This document shows positions 8,529-18,715 of a stretch of DNA of 30,529 nucleotides, piece by piece. The notes under the pieces are model-generated. The model saw only the letters and a program-made list of their open reading frames with translations. It was not told the DNA's origin and did no database searches. Source of the DNA: Polyangia bacterium (GTDB lineage: Bacteria > Myxococcota_A > Polyangia > Palsa-1104); contig DASXOU010000070.1 of the NCBI GenBank assembly GCA_036494045.1, positions 1-30,529 of the forward strand, written 5' to 3'. Position 1 is the first letter of the stretch, and every line of letters starts with the position of its first letter. Both the position numbers and the translations under genes were made by a program.

Positions 8529-8978
8529 TTACGTCGCCGACGCGCCGCGACCTTCCTTGGTCACGCGCGTGCGCACCTCGACGAGCCGGCGCAGCACTTC
8601 GAGATCGCGCCGCGCGTCGACGAGCGCGATCGCTTCCACCAGCGGCACGAAGCGCACCTCGCGCGTCTCGCCGTCATGCTCGCCGTCGTCGGCGACGAGC
8701 GCCATCTCGTAGAAGTAGGTGAAGTGCAGCCGCCCTTCGTGCAAGACGAGCAGGCGCACGATGCGCGCGCGCAGCCCGCTCTCCTCGTAGACCTCGCGCA
8801 GCGCCGCCGCCTCGGCGCTCTCGCCGTCGTCGATGCGCCCCTTGGGCAGCGTCCAGCGCCAGCGGTTCTTGCGATCGCGCTGCCGCACCAGCGCCACGCG
8901 ATCGTCGCCGTCGCAGACCACGCCGCCCGACGACGCCCACTTGCCGCCGCCAAACAGGCGCCGCAACACCCTCCACAT
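8529..8978 (-). CDS. Nudix hydrolase, 149 aa
   Basis: Complete Nudix box G-RIDDG-E-SAEAAAL-REVYEESGL. ATG 8978 lies 2 nt after the upstream stop. Confidence 0.92.
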   Translation of the reverse strand: MWRVLRRLFGGGKWASSGGVVCDGDDRVALVRQRDRKNRWRWTLPKGRIDDGESAEAAALREVYEESGLRARIVRLLVLHEGRLHFTYFYEMALVADDGEHDGETREVRFVPLVEAIALVDARRDLEVLRRLVEVRTRVTKEGRGASAT

Positions 8979-8980
8979 CC

Positions 8981-10106
<1,126 letters not shown>

Positions 10107-10129
<23 letters not shown>

Positions 10130-10403
10130 ACTTCATGCGCAGGTCGTAGAGGAGGTTGTCGAGCATCTGCGCTTCCTCTTGCGTCAGGTTGCCGCGCGTC
10201 TTTTCGCGGAGCATGCCGAGGATGTCGATGGTCTGCTTGGCCAGCGGCAGATTCGCCTGGCGCGAGCGCGAGTCGGGATGCTCGAGCTCGCCGAGGTGCA
10301 CCAGCACCGACGAGGCCAGCGACATCACGAACATGCCGAAGTCGATCGCGACCGACTCGGCGTCTTGCGTCTCCGCGTCTTGTTTTTCCGTGTTCTCGCT
10401 CAT
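10107..10403 (-). CDS. DUF1844 family protein, 98 aa
   Basis: F..FVMSL...VHLG...P......NLPLAKQTIDILGMLREKTRGNLT.EE...L...LYDLRMKYV signature; ATGA overlap with Hsp20. Confidence 0.88.
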
Positions 10404-10798
10404 GATGACCTCGGAATCTCGACGGTGAGGACGCCACTTTGGAAGCGCACGCGGCGCTTTTGCGCGTCGGCGTCGTCGGGCAGCGCGATGGCGCAGCGGA
10501 ACTCGCCGTAGCTGCGCTCGAGCCGGTGATAGTTCGCGCCCTCGCCGCCGGCGAAGTGGCGCCGCCCGCGCACGGCGAGCTCGCGCCCCTCGACCTCGAC
10601 GGCGACGTCGCCGGCGGCCACGCCCGGCAGCTCGACCGCGACGAAGACGGTGTCGTCCGTCGCGAAGACGTCGGTGGCCGGCGCGAACGCGCCCTCGACG
10701 GCGGAGGCGCCGCGGGTCTGGCGCTCGTCGAACAGCCGATTCATACGCTCGCGCAGCATCGAGAGCGCGCGTGTGCCGTCCCAGTCGTTGACGCCCAT
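10400..10798 (-). CDS. Hsp20/alpha-crystallin small heat-shock protein, 132 aa
   Basis: RMNRLFD, PATDVF, VELPGV, LAVRGRR, ERSYGEFR, GVLTVEIPR. ATG 10798 is preceded by TAAACT at 8 nt. Confidence 0.92.
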   Translation of the reverse strand: MGVNDWDGTRALSMLRERMNRLFDERQTRGASAVEGAFAPATDVFATDDTVFVAVELPGVAAGDVAVEVEGRELAVRGRRHFAGGEGANYHRLERSYGEFRCAIALPDDADAQKRRVRFQSGVLTVEIPRSS

Positions 10799-10832
10799 CG
10801 CGAGGGAGTTTACTGCGACGCGCGGAGCAGTG

Positions 10833-11033
10833 CTACTCGGAGTGGACGCCGTTGGCGCCCGGATCCGGCTCGTCGTCATCGTCGTCGAGGTCGATCGGCG
10901 CCTGCTTGCCGGCGACGTCGTCGAGCGACTTCAAATGCTTCTCGTAATCCTTCTTGGTGATCTGACCCTTGCGCAAGCGGCGCTCGAGGGTTCGGACGTC
11001 CCAGAACCGAGGATCATCCTGCTTGATCGTCAT
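10833..11033 (-). CDS. Small hypothetical protein, 66 aa, with basic helical core and acidic tail
   Basis: MTIKQDDPRFWDVRTLERRLRKGQITKKDYEKHLKSLDDV...DLDDDDDE; coding-like composition; strong promoter-like element directly upstream. Confidence 0.8.
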   Translation of the reverse strand: MTIKQDDPRFWDVRTLERRLRKGQITKKDYEKHLKSLDDVAGKQAPIDLDDDDDEPDPGANGVHSE

Positions 11034-11042
11034 GGCGCAGCG

Positions 11043-11071
11043 TGTGTAGCAACGACGGCGCCTCGTGTCAA
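11043..11071 (-). promoter_or_regulatory. Sigma70-type promoter
   Basis: TTGACA (11071-11066), 17-nt spacer ending in TGc, TACACA (11048-11043), 9 nt to ATG 11033. Confidence 0.75.
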
Positions 11072-11088
11072 TCGCCGAAGGGCCTGTC

Positions 11089-11928
11089 CTAGTTACGGCG
11101 GATGGCGATGTAGCTCGAATCGAGCGTGCGCAGGTCGTGGACGACGCCGGTGGCGCAGCCGCGCGCTTCGTAGAGCCAGACGGCGCCGAACGGATCGGTG
11201 CCACTCTCGTAGAGCGCGATGTGCCCCGAGGTCGCGTCGCGATGGACCATGGCGTCGGCGGGCGCGACCGTCGAGCGCGGGATCTGGGTCCAGTAGACCT
11301 GGTCGTTGTAGAAGTTTTCCGTCGAGAACGGGTGCGCGTCGAGGGTGATCGGGCTGGCCGACGGCACCTGCCACACCTTGGCCACGAAGCCCGAGCAGTC
11401 GGCGCCGTACTGCCCGGTGTGCGTGCACGACGGGCACGAGCCGCTGCACGAGCCGACGGTCGCGCCGTCGTCGCGCCACGAGCCGTGCCCCCAATAATAG
11501 GAGTAGCCGACGGCGAGCTTGGCGAGGGTGAAGATGTCGCCGGCGCCGACGCCGGCGTCGGCGGTGTCGCCGCACATCGACGGCAGAAAAGCCTCGTCGG
11601 CGACGAGGTACGTGCCCGAGGCCCAGCCGCTGAGCGCGCCGAATTGCACGTTCCACCAGCCGGCCGACGGCGTGGTCGACGGGCCGCCGAGGAGCCCGAC
11701 CTCGGTGCCGCACGGCATCTCGGTCTCGATGGTGGCCGAGGTGCCGATGCCGTCGCGCAGGTTGAGCGCAGTGGCGGTCACGCGCGCCATGCCGCCGGGC
11801 GCGAGCGCGGCGCCGCCGAGGCCGAGGTCGCTGCCGTCGGGGTCGCCGTCATCGCCGTCGCCGGGCGCCTTGCCCGCGCAGCTGGCGCAAATGACGCACG
11901 CGGCCACCAGCGCCGTGATACGGATCAT
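11089..11928 (-). CDS. Lipoprotein with bacterial SH3 domain and NlpC/P60-like cysteine peptidase domain
   Basis: Lipobox-like ICASC; SH3b VTATALNLRDG...GWWNVQFGALSGWASGTYL; YSYYWG...ADCSGFVAKVW (Cys), GHIALY (His), YEARG. Start is ATG 11928 (TG-t-TATCAT 7 nt upstream) or 11937. Confidence 0.82.
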   Translation of the reverse strand: MIRITALVAACVICASCAGKAPGDGDDGDPDGSDLGLGGAALAPGGMARVTATALNLRDGIGTSATIETEMPCGTEVGLLGGPSTTPSAGWWNVQFGALSGWASGTYLVADEAFLPSMCGDTADAGVGAGDIFTLAKLAVGYSYYWGHGSWRDDGATVGSCSGSCPSCTHTGQYGADCSGFVAKVWQVPSASPITLDAHPFSTENFYNDQVYWTQIPRSTVAPADAMVHRDATSGHIALYESGTDPFGAVWLYEARGCATGVVHDLRTLDSSYIAIRRN

Positions 11929-11964
11929 CCCGGCCATGATAACATCCGACGTGGAGTAGCACCT

Positions 11965-12540
11965 ATGAGGTACTTACTTTCGTTGGCTTTGTTGGTGTCC
12001 GCCTGCACCCGCGCGAACTCCGAGTTCGTCGGCGGCAATGGCGGCTCGGCAGGAACGGGCGGCGGCGGCGCGGCCGGCAGCGGCGGCGGCGGCGCGGCTG
12101 GAAGCGGCGGCGGCGGCGGCACGAGCGTCATGGACCTGGCGGTGTCGGCGCCGCACGACATGGCGCATCCGCCCGACATGGCCACGCTCGACGGCGTCGC
12201 GTGCGGCGACAAGAGCTGCACGAACGGCGACGACTGCTGCGTCAACAACCAGGGCCCGATGTGCACCGATCAGAACAGCTGCACCGGCGGCCAGCACCCG
12301 ACGCTGTGGGACTGCGACGGCCCCGAAGATTGCCCGGGCGCGATTCCGGGGACGCACGCCGAGTGCTGCGCGACGATGTTGGGCTCGACGTGCGACGACT
12401 CGTGCTCGCAGGCCTCGGCGGGGGCGGTGCCGATGTGTCACTCGCTGGGCGACTGCCCGGGATTGAGCGGCTACGTCGCGTGCTGCGTGGTCAAGGCGCT
12501 GCCACAGTACTCGACGTGCAGCAAGGTCGCCTGCCCGTAG
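11965..12540 (+). CDS. Cys-rich lipoprotein with Gly-rich tether, 191 aa
   Basis: MRYLLSLALLVSAC lipobox, GGAG before ATG 11965, Gly linker, then a domain with many Cys (CG..SC...CC, CDGPEDC, CC...C). Confidence 0.85.
   Translation: MRYLLSLALLVSACTRANSEFVGGNGGSAGTGGGGAAGSGGGGAAGSGGGGGTSVMDLAVSAPHDMAHPPDMATLDGVACGDKSCTNGDDCCVNNQGPMCTDQNSCTGGQHPTLWDCDGPEDCPGAIPGTHAECCATMLGSTCDDSCSQASAGAVPMCHSLGDCPGLSGYVACCVVKALPQYSTCSKVACP
12058..12120 (+). repeat. GGC-rich low-complexity tract: two 24-nt units encoding GGGGAAGS, then (GGC)5
   Basis: Read directly; in-frame linker of the lipoprotein. Confidence 0.8.
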
Positions 12541-12547
12541 CCGCGCG

Positions 12548-14605
12548 CTACTGCACCTGCAGCCGCGGCGTGACCAGGAAGCCCTCCGACGGCAGGTTCG
12601 AGTAGCCGCCGGCGCCGGCGACGGCGATGCGGTAGGTGCCGGGGTAGATCGCGCCGTTCCACGAGAAGTCTGCGGCGGAGCAGGCCACCGGCACCGCGAA
12701 CGAGTAGCCCGAGGTCGCGTCGTAGAACTGCACGTTGGCCTTGGCCGCCGTCGGGCTCGGGTTGCACGCCGTCGTCGTCGAGGGCTGCATGCCGTTGAGC
12801 GTGAGCGAGCCGCCGACCGTGATGGTCTTGACGTCGAGCGCCTGGCCGGTCAGGTTGCCGCTGACGGTGAGCGCGCCGCCGGCGACGAACGGCTGCGTCG
12901 GCAGGTTCGAGTAGTTGGCGCCGGCGACGGAGACGTCGTAGGTGCCGGGGAAGATCGCGCCCGACCAGGCGAACGTCGACGACGAGCAGGGCACGTCGAG
13001 GTCGAACGAGTAGCCGAGCTTGTCGTTCGAGAGGCGCACGATCGCCTTGGTCGTCGTCGGGCTCGACGTGCAGGCCGGGTCGCTCGTCGGGGTCGCGCCG
13101 TTGAGCGTGATGGTGCCGCCGATGTTCGCGGTCTTGACGTCGAGCGCGTTCGACGGGCTGTTGCCGCTCACGGCCATGGCGGCGTTGGCGACGAACGGCG
13201 ACTCGGGCAGCGTCGAGTACGACGGCTGGCCGGTGACCTTGACCTGATAGTTGCCGGGGAAGACGGTGCCCGTCCACGCGAGCGTCGTCGAGCTGCACGG
13301 CACCGTGAAGCTGAACTGGTAGCCGTTGGTCGCGTCTTGCAGCGTGACCATCGCCTGCGTCGCCGTCGGGGTGCTCATGCAGAACGTGGTCGGCGCCGGC
13401 GCCGCGCCGTTGAGCGTGATGGTGCCGCCGACGGTGAAGGTCTGCACGTTGAGCGCCTGGCCGCTGACGCTCGTCGACACCTTGAGGGCGCTGTTGGCCA
13501 CGAAGGCGCCGTCGGGCAGGTTCGAGTAGCCGTCGCCGCCGTCGACGGTGACGACGTAGGTGCTGGGATAGACCGCGCCCGACCACGAGAAGTCCGACTG
13601 CGTGCAGGCGATCGGGAAGTCGAACTGGTAGCCGTTCTTGGCGTCGCTGAGGTGCACGACCGCCTTGGAGTAGGTCGAGCTCGTCGGGCAGGTCGACGTC
13701 GGCAGCGCGCCGTTGAGCGTGACCGTGCCGGCGGCGGTCACGGTCTTGACGTCGAGCGCCTGGTTGGCGACGTTGGCGGCGACGGTGAGCGCGCCGTTGG
13801 CCACGAAGGGCGAGGTCGGCACGTTCGAGTAGGTCGCGTCGCCCTCGACGCTGACGACGTAGGTGCCGGGGAAGACCACGCCGCCCCAGGCGAACGTGGT
13901 CGACGAGCAGGGCACGTCGAGGTCGAAGAGGTAGCCGTCGGTGGCGTCGACGAGGTGCACCGTGGTCTTGGCGGCGCTGTCGTTGCCGGTGCAGGCAGCC
14001 GCCGTCGTCGGCGCGGCGCCGTTGAGCGTGACGTTGCCGCCGACCGACGCGGTCTTGACGTCGAGCGCGAGGTTCTGCGCATCGGCGCTGACGGCGAGCT
14101 CGGCGTTGGCGACGAAGCCTTGTGACGGCAGGCTCGAGTAGTTGCTGTCGCCGCTCACGATCATCTTGTAGCTGCCGGGGAAGACGACGCCCGACCAGGC
14201 GAAGGTCGCCGCCGAGCAGGGCACGGGCAGATCGAACTGGTAGCCGCGCGCGCTGTCGACGAGGTGCACGGTCGCCTTGGCCGTCGCCGGCGACGGGTTG
14301 CACGAGGGCAGCGTGGTCGGCGCGGCGCCGTTGAGCGTGATGGTGCCGGAGACGTTGACGGTCTTGACGTCGACGGCGATGGCGCCGACGTTGCCGCCGA
14401 CGCAGACGCCGCTGTTGTCACAGGTGAACCCGTTCGGGCAGACGCAGGGCACGACGCCGGCCATGTCGGCGGGCGCGCCGCCGCCGCCGCCGCCGCCGCC
14501 GCTGCCGCCGGCGCCCAGGTCGCCGCCGCCCATGTCGTGGTTGGAATTGCCACCGCAGCCCGCGACGAGCACGGCGAACGCGAAGGTCAAGAGCTTGTTC
14601 GTCAT
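12548..14605 (-). CDS. Large lipoprotein (685 aa) with six tandem ~102-aa beta-rich repeats
   Basis: MTNKLLTFAFAVLVAGC lipobox; poly-Gly tether; small Cys knot (CVCPNGFTCDNSGVC); six DVKT..V.G..TLNG..P...C...C....W.G..FPG.Y units. Confidence 0.9.
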   Translation of the reverse strand: MTNKLLTFAFAVLVAGCGGNSNHDMGGGDLGAGGSGGGGGGGGAPADMAGVVPCVCPNGFTCDNSGVCVGGNVGAIAVDVKTVNVSGTITLNGAAPTTLPSCNPSPATAKATVHLVDSARGYQFDLPVPCSAATFAWSGVVFPGSYKMIVSGDSNYSSLPSQGFVANAELAVSADAQNLALDVKTASVGGNVTLNGAAPTTAAACTGNDSAAKTTVHLVDATDGYLFDLDVPCSSTTFAWGGVVFPGTYVVSVEGDATYSNVPTSPFVANGALTVAANVANQALDVKTVTAAGTVTLNGALPTSTCPTSSTYSKAVVHLSDAKNGYQFDFPIACTQSDFSWSGAVYPSTYVVTVDGGDGYSNLPDGAFVANSALKVSTSVSGQALNVQTFTVGGTITLNGAAPAPTTFCMSTPTATQAMVTLQDATNGYQFSFTVPCSSTTLAWTGTVFPGNYQVKVTGQPSYSTLPESPFVANAAMAVSGNSPSNALDVKTANIGGTITLNGATPTSDPACTSSPTTTKAIVRLSNDKLGYSFDLDVPCSSSTFAWSGAIFPGTYDVSVAGANYSNLPTQPFVAGGALTVSGNLTGQALDVKTITVGGSLTLNGMQPSTTTACNPSPTAAKANVQFYDATSGYSFAVPVACSAADFSWNGAIYPGTYRIAVAGAGGYSNLPSEGFLVTPRLQVQ
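12551..14371 (-). repeat. Six diverged intragenic tandem repeats, period 303-309 bp
   Basis: Unit starts (DVKT/NVQT codons) at 14371, 14062, 13753, 13450, 13141, 12835; ACGCTCAACGGC recurs in each unit. Confidence 0.92.
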
Positions 14606-14666
14606 GCGCGATGTGTACGGACGCTTCGTGCGAGGCTTCCCGAGGTGTGCTATCGAAAGAACCCAA

Positions 14667-15662
14667 ATGGCGTATGACGTCAAAGTCATCAACGAGCTGG
14701 TGCAGAAGGAGTCGGCGTTCACCGAGAAGCTGCTCGGCGAGGTCGGCAAGGTCATCGTTGGCCAGCGCTACATGGTCGAGCGCATCCTCATTGGCCTGCT
14801 CACCGGCGGACACGTTCTGCTCGAAGGCGTGCCCGGCCTGGCCAAGACGCTGACGGTCAAGACCGTCGCCGATTCGCTGAAGGCGAAGTTCCAGCGCATC
14901 CAGTTCACGCCCGATCTTCTGCCCGCCGACATCGTCGGCACCACGATCTACAACCCGGCGACGCAGGAGTTTCGTCCCAAGCGCGGGCCGATCTTCGCCA
15001 ACCTCGTGCTCGCCGACGAGATCAACCGCGCGCCGGCCAAGGTGCAGTCGGCGCTGCTCGAGGCGATGCAGGAGCGGCAGGTCACCATCGGCGAGGAGAC
15101 GCATCGGCTGCCCGAGCCGTTCCTGGTCATGGCGACGCAGAATCCGATCGAGCAGGAAGGCACGTACGCGCTGCCCGAAGCGCAGCTCGATCGCTTCATG
15201 CTGATGATCAAGGTCGGCTATCCGCAGAAGTCCGAAGAGCGCGAGATCATGGATCGCATGACCTCGGGCTCACCGACGGCGACGCGGGTCGAGGCGGTGA
15301 CGTCGCTCGACGAGCTCTTGTCGGCGCGCAGCGTGGTCAACCAGGTCTACATCGACGACAAGATCCGCGACTACATCGTCAACGTCACGCACGCGACGCG
15401 CGAGCCGGCCGCGTATGGCCTAAAGGAGCTGTCGGTGTTCGTGCAATATGGCGCCTCCCCGCGCGCGTCGATCTTCTTGAACCTGGCGGCGCGCGCGCAC
15501 GCGTTTCTGAAGCGGCGCGGCTATGTCACGCCGGAAGACATCAAATCGGTCGGTCTCGACGTTTTACGGCATCGCGTGATCTTGACGTACGAAGCCGAGG
15601 CCGAGAACGTCACCTCGGAAGACATCGTCCGCAAGTTGTTCGAGCACGTCGAAGTCCCCTAG
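14667..15662 (+). CDS. moxR: MoxR family AAA+ ATPase, 331 aa
   Basis: GHVLLEGVPGLAKT (Walker A), RIQFTPDLLPAD, LADEINRAPAKVQSALLEAMQE, ATQNPIEQEGTYALPEAQLDRF, GASPRAS; ATG 14667. Confidence 0.97.
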   Translation: MAYDVKVINELVQKESAFTEKLLGEVGKVIVGQRYMVERILIGLLTGGHVLLEGVPGLAKTLTVKTVADSLKAKFQRIQFTPDLLPADIVGTTIYNPATQEFRPKRGPIFANLVLADEINRAPAKVQSALLEAMQERQVTIGEETHRLPEPFLVMATQNPIEQEGTYALPEAQLDRFMLMIKVGYPQKSEEREIMDRMTSGSPTATRVEAVTSLDELLSARSVVNQVYIDDKIRDYIVNVTHATREPAAYGLKELSVFVQYGASPRASIFLNLAARAHAFLKRRGYVTPEDIKSVGLDVLRHRVILTYEAEAENVTSEDIVRKLFEHVEVP

Positions 15663-15676
15663 TCGAAGGCTGGATC

Positions 15677-16567
15677 ATGCTGCCGCGCGAGCTGATAAAA
15701 AAGATCCGCCGCATCGAGATCGTGACGGCGCGCCAGGCGCAGAACCAGCTCGCGGGCGCGTATCACTCGGTGTTCAAGGGCCTCGGCATGGCGTTCTCCG
15801 AGGTGCGGCAGTATCAGCCCGGCGACGACGTGCGCATGATCGACTGGAACGTCACGGCGCGCATGCGCGAGGCCTACGTCAAGCTCTTCGTCGAAGAGCG
15901 CGAGATGACGGTGATGCTGCTCGTCGACGCGTCGGGCTCGGGCGCGTTCGGCACGCGCGAGCAGGCCAAGCGCGAAGTCGCGGCCGAGATCGCGGCGCTG
16001 CTGGCGTTCTCGGCGATCAAGAACAACGATCGCATCGGGCTCATCATCTTCACCGACCGCGTCGAGAAGTTCGTGCCGCCCAAGAAGGGCAAGAAGCACG
16101 TCTTGGCGCTGATCACCGAGATCCTCACGTTCCAGCCGAGGTCGCGGCGCACCGACTTGCGCGTCGGGCTCGAGTTTCTGGCCAAGGTGGCGCGGCGGCG
16201 CGCGATCACGTTCCTCGTCTCGGACTTCATCGTCGACGGCGGCACCGGCGCCTACGAAAAGGCGCTGCGCATCGCCAAGCGCAAGCACGACGTGGTGCCG
16301 GTGACCATCACCGACCCGATGGAAGAAGACCTGCCCGATCTCGGCTACGTCTACTTCGAGGACGTCGAGACCGGCGAGATCGTCGCCTTCGACACCGGCG
16401 GGCCGGGGCGCGCGCGCTACGCGGCGATGGTCAAGCGCGCCCGCGCCGAGCGCGAGCAGCTGTTCCGCAAGCACAACATGGACTTCGTGAACGTGCGCAC
16501 CGACGCGCCGTACGTGGCGGCGCTGATCGCGTTCTTCCGCGCGCGCGAGATGAGGCTGCGACATTGA
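15677..16567 (+). CDS. DUF58 domain (VWA-like) protein, 296 aa
   Basis: SVFKGLGMAFSEVRQYQPGDDVRMIDWNVTAR, VKLFVEERE, DASGS, VSDF; canonical position after moxR. Confidence 0.95.
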   Translation: MLPRELIKKIRRIEIVTARQAQNQLAGAYHSVFKGLGMAFSEVRQYQPGDDVRMIDWNVTARMREAYVKLFVEEREMTVMLLVDASGSGAFGTREQAKREVAAEIAALLAFSAIKNNDRIGLIIFTDRVEKFVPPKKGKKHVLALITEILTFQPRSRRTDLRVGLEFLAKVARRRAITFLVSDFIVDGGTGAYEKALRIAKRKHDVVPVTITDPMEEDLPDLGYVYFEDVETGEIVAFDTGGPGRARYAAMVKRARAEREQLFRKHNMDFVNVRTDAPYVAALIAFFRAREMRLRH

Positions 16568-17613
16568 GAGCCTTCGCCGCCGCGCTGCTATTAATGATGG
16601 CGCCGTGCGCCTGGGCCGACGCCGACATGGCGCACGCCGAGGATCCCGAGGCGCCGACGGTCGGCGTGTCGATCGACAAGACCGAGGCCCACGTCGGCGA
16701 TCGGCTGACGCTGACGGTGAGCGCGGTCGCCAAGTCGGGGATCGCGGTCATGCTGCCGGCCAAGCTCGACACCGGCAAGCTCGAGATCCTCGATCGCAAC
16801 GACGGCGACAAGACCGGCCGCGATCTCGGCGACGGGCGCCGCTCGCATCGCTTCGTCCTCGGCGTGGCCGCGTACGAGACCGGCGAGATCGACGTGCCGC
16901 CGCTCGCGGTCACCTACATCCTGCCGTCGGGGCAGACGCGCTCGGTCGAGACCGAGCCGCTCACCATCAATATCCGGCCGCTGGTCGCCGCCGACGAGGC
17001 GCATCCCGAGCCGCAGCCGGAGCGGCCGCCGCGCTCGGCGATGGTCGAGGATCAACGCGTGGTGCGCGCGCTCAAGTGGGGCGGCATCGGGCTCGGCGGC
17101 GCCATCGTGCTCCTGGTCGCGGGCCTGCTCATCCGGCGCGCGTGGCGGCGGCGCACGCCGGCGGCGCTGGTCGCCGAGGCCAACGCGCCCAAGCGCGCGC
17201 CCGACGCCGTCGCCATCGAGAAGCTGACGGCGCTGCGCGCGGCGGGAAACTTCGGCGTCGACGGCTATCGGCCGTTCTACTTCGCGCTCACCGAGATCGT
17301 GCGCGAGTATCTCGGCGCGCGCTACGGCTTCGACGCGCTCGAGATGACGACGACCGAGGTGCTCGACGAGCTCAAGACGCGCGCCGAGCACCTCGTCGGT
17401 GAAGGCGCCGAGGTGCCGCGCTTCTTCGCGTCGTGCGATCTGGTCAAGTTCGCCAAGGCCGGATCGACCGACGCCGCGGCGCTGGCCGCGCTCGACGCCG
17501 CGCAGGCGATCGTGTTGTCGACGGCGGCGCCGCTCGAGACCGCGGCGCAGTCGATCTCGGGCCCGGTGCGCTTGCCGCGTCCGCTCGACGACGACGAGGC
17601 CGCCAATGGGTGA
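16564..17613 (+). CDS. Bat-operon single-pass membrane protein (exported BatD-like beta domain, TM, cytoplasmic helical domain)
   Basis: Signal peptide ending AWA; VSIDKTEAHVGDRLTLTV; TM near GGIGLGGAIVLLVAGLLI; LTEIVREYLGARYGFDALEMTT.E, DLVKFAK. TTG 16564 overlaps the upstream TGA; ATG 16594 is an alternative start. Confidence 0.8.
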   Translation: MRAFAAALLLMMAPCAWADADMAHAEDPEAPTVGVSIDKTEAHVGDRLTLTVSAVAKSGIAVMLPAKLDTGKLEILDRNDGDKTGRDLGDGRRSHRFVLGVAAYETGEIDVPPLAVTYILPSGQTRSVETEPLTINIRPLVAADEAHPEPQPERPPRSAMVEDQRVVRALKWGGIGLGGAIVLLVAGLLIRRAWRRRTPAALVAEANAPKRAPDAVAIEKLTALRAAGNFGVDGYRPFYFALTEIVREYLGARYGFDALEMTTTEVLDELKTRAEHLVGEGAEVPRFFASCDLVKFAKAGSTDAAALAALDAAQAIVLSTAAPLETAAQSISGPVRLPRPLDDDEAANG

Positions 17614-18715
17614 TCGACGGCGCGCCGCTGCGATCTGGCGCGCGCTCGCGCCCTACCTGTTGACGCTGGCGATCGCGCTGCCGTTCGCCGTCTACTACTT
17701 CGTGCAGCTGCGCGGGCCCGACATCCACTGGCGCAACAAAGGCGCGTTCGTGCTGCTCGCCGCGGTGCCGCTCGGCGCCTGGGTCGGCTTCTACCTCGAG
17801 CGCCGCCGCGTCGGCACGATGGCGTTTTCGCGCACGCACGATCTCGTGGCCACGTCGCAAGGCGCGTTCGGTTACCTCATGCACCTGCCGCGCGCGTGCC
17901 TGCTCGTCGGCGTCGGCATCGTCGCGGTGGCGCTGGCGCGGCCGCAGCGGCTGTCGACCGATCCGGCCGAGGTCGAAGGCATCGACATCGTGATCGCGCT
18001 CGACGTGTCGAACTCGATGAACGAGACCGACATGGTTCCCGATCGCATCGGCGCGGCCAAGAGCGTCATCGAGCACTTCATCGAGCGCAACGCGACCGAC
18101 CGCATCGGGCTCGTCATCTTCGGCAAGGAAGCGTTCACGCAGTGCCCGCTCACGCTCGACACGCCCGCCGTCGTGGGCCTGCTCAAGAACGTGCGCATCG
18201 GCCTCGTCGACGGGCAGGGCACCGCCATCGGCAACGCGCTCGGCACGTCGATCAATCGGCTGCGCAAGTCGACCGCGAAGTCCAAGGTGATCGTGCTCGT
18301 CACCGACGGCGACGATAACGCCTCCAAGCTCGATCCGCGCAAAGCAGCCAAGTACGCCCAGGCGTTCGGCATCAAAGTCTTCACCATCTTGATCGGCCGT
18401 GACACGCTCGCCGCCGAGGCGCCGCCCGGGCAGGATCGCTTCGGCAACTTGATCCGCCCGCTGCCGCGCTATCCGGTGAATCCGAAGCTGCTCGAGGAGA
18501 TCGCCGAGACGACGGGTGGCATGCCGTTTCTCGCCACCGACACCGAGTCGCTGGAGAAGCGGTTTCAGGCGATTCTCGAGGATCTCGACCGTAGTAAGCT
18601 CAAAGCGCAGACGCCGCATTACGCCGAGCTCTACCCGATGCTGGTGGCGCCGGCGCTGATGCTGGTGCTCCTCGAAATCCTGCTCTCGCTGACGCGCTTT
18701 CGGAGGTTCCCGTGA
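17606..18715 (+). CDS. batA: BatA-like VWA domain membrane protein, 369 aa
   Basis: ALARPQ, GIDIVIALDVSNSM (MIDAS DxSxS), DRIGLVIF, QCPLTLD, GTAIGNAL, VTDGDDN, C-terminal TM ending FRRFP; ATG 17606. Confidence 0.9.
   Translation: MGDRRRAAAIWRALAPYLLTLAIALPFAVYYFVQLRGPDIHWRNKGAFVLLAAVPLGAWVGFYLERRRVGTMAFSRTHDLVATSQGAFGYLMHLPRACLLVGVGIVAVALARPQRLSTDPAEVEGIDIVIALDVSNSMNETDMVPDRIGAAKSVIEHFIERNATDRIGLVIFGKEAFTQCPLTLDTPAVVGLLKNVRIGLVDGQGTAIGNALGTSINRLRKSTAKSKVIVLVTDGDDNASKLDPRKAAKYAQAFGIKVFTILIGRDTLAAEAPPGQDRFGNLIRPLPRYPVNPKLLEEIAETTGGMPFLATDTESLEKRFQAILEDLDRSKLKAQTPHYAELYPMLVAPALMLVLLEILLSLTRFRRFP

Noticed and set aside
12551..14371. Periodic DNA repeats considered as a CRISPR-like or recombination-cassette array
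   Set aside because: The period of about 306 bp is a multiple of three, with divergence at synonymous sites. These are protein domain repeats, with no spacers, cas genes or recombinase nearby.
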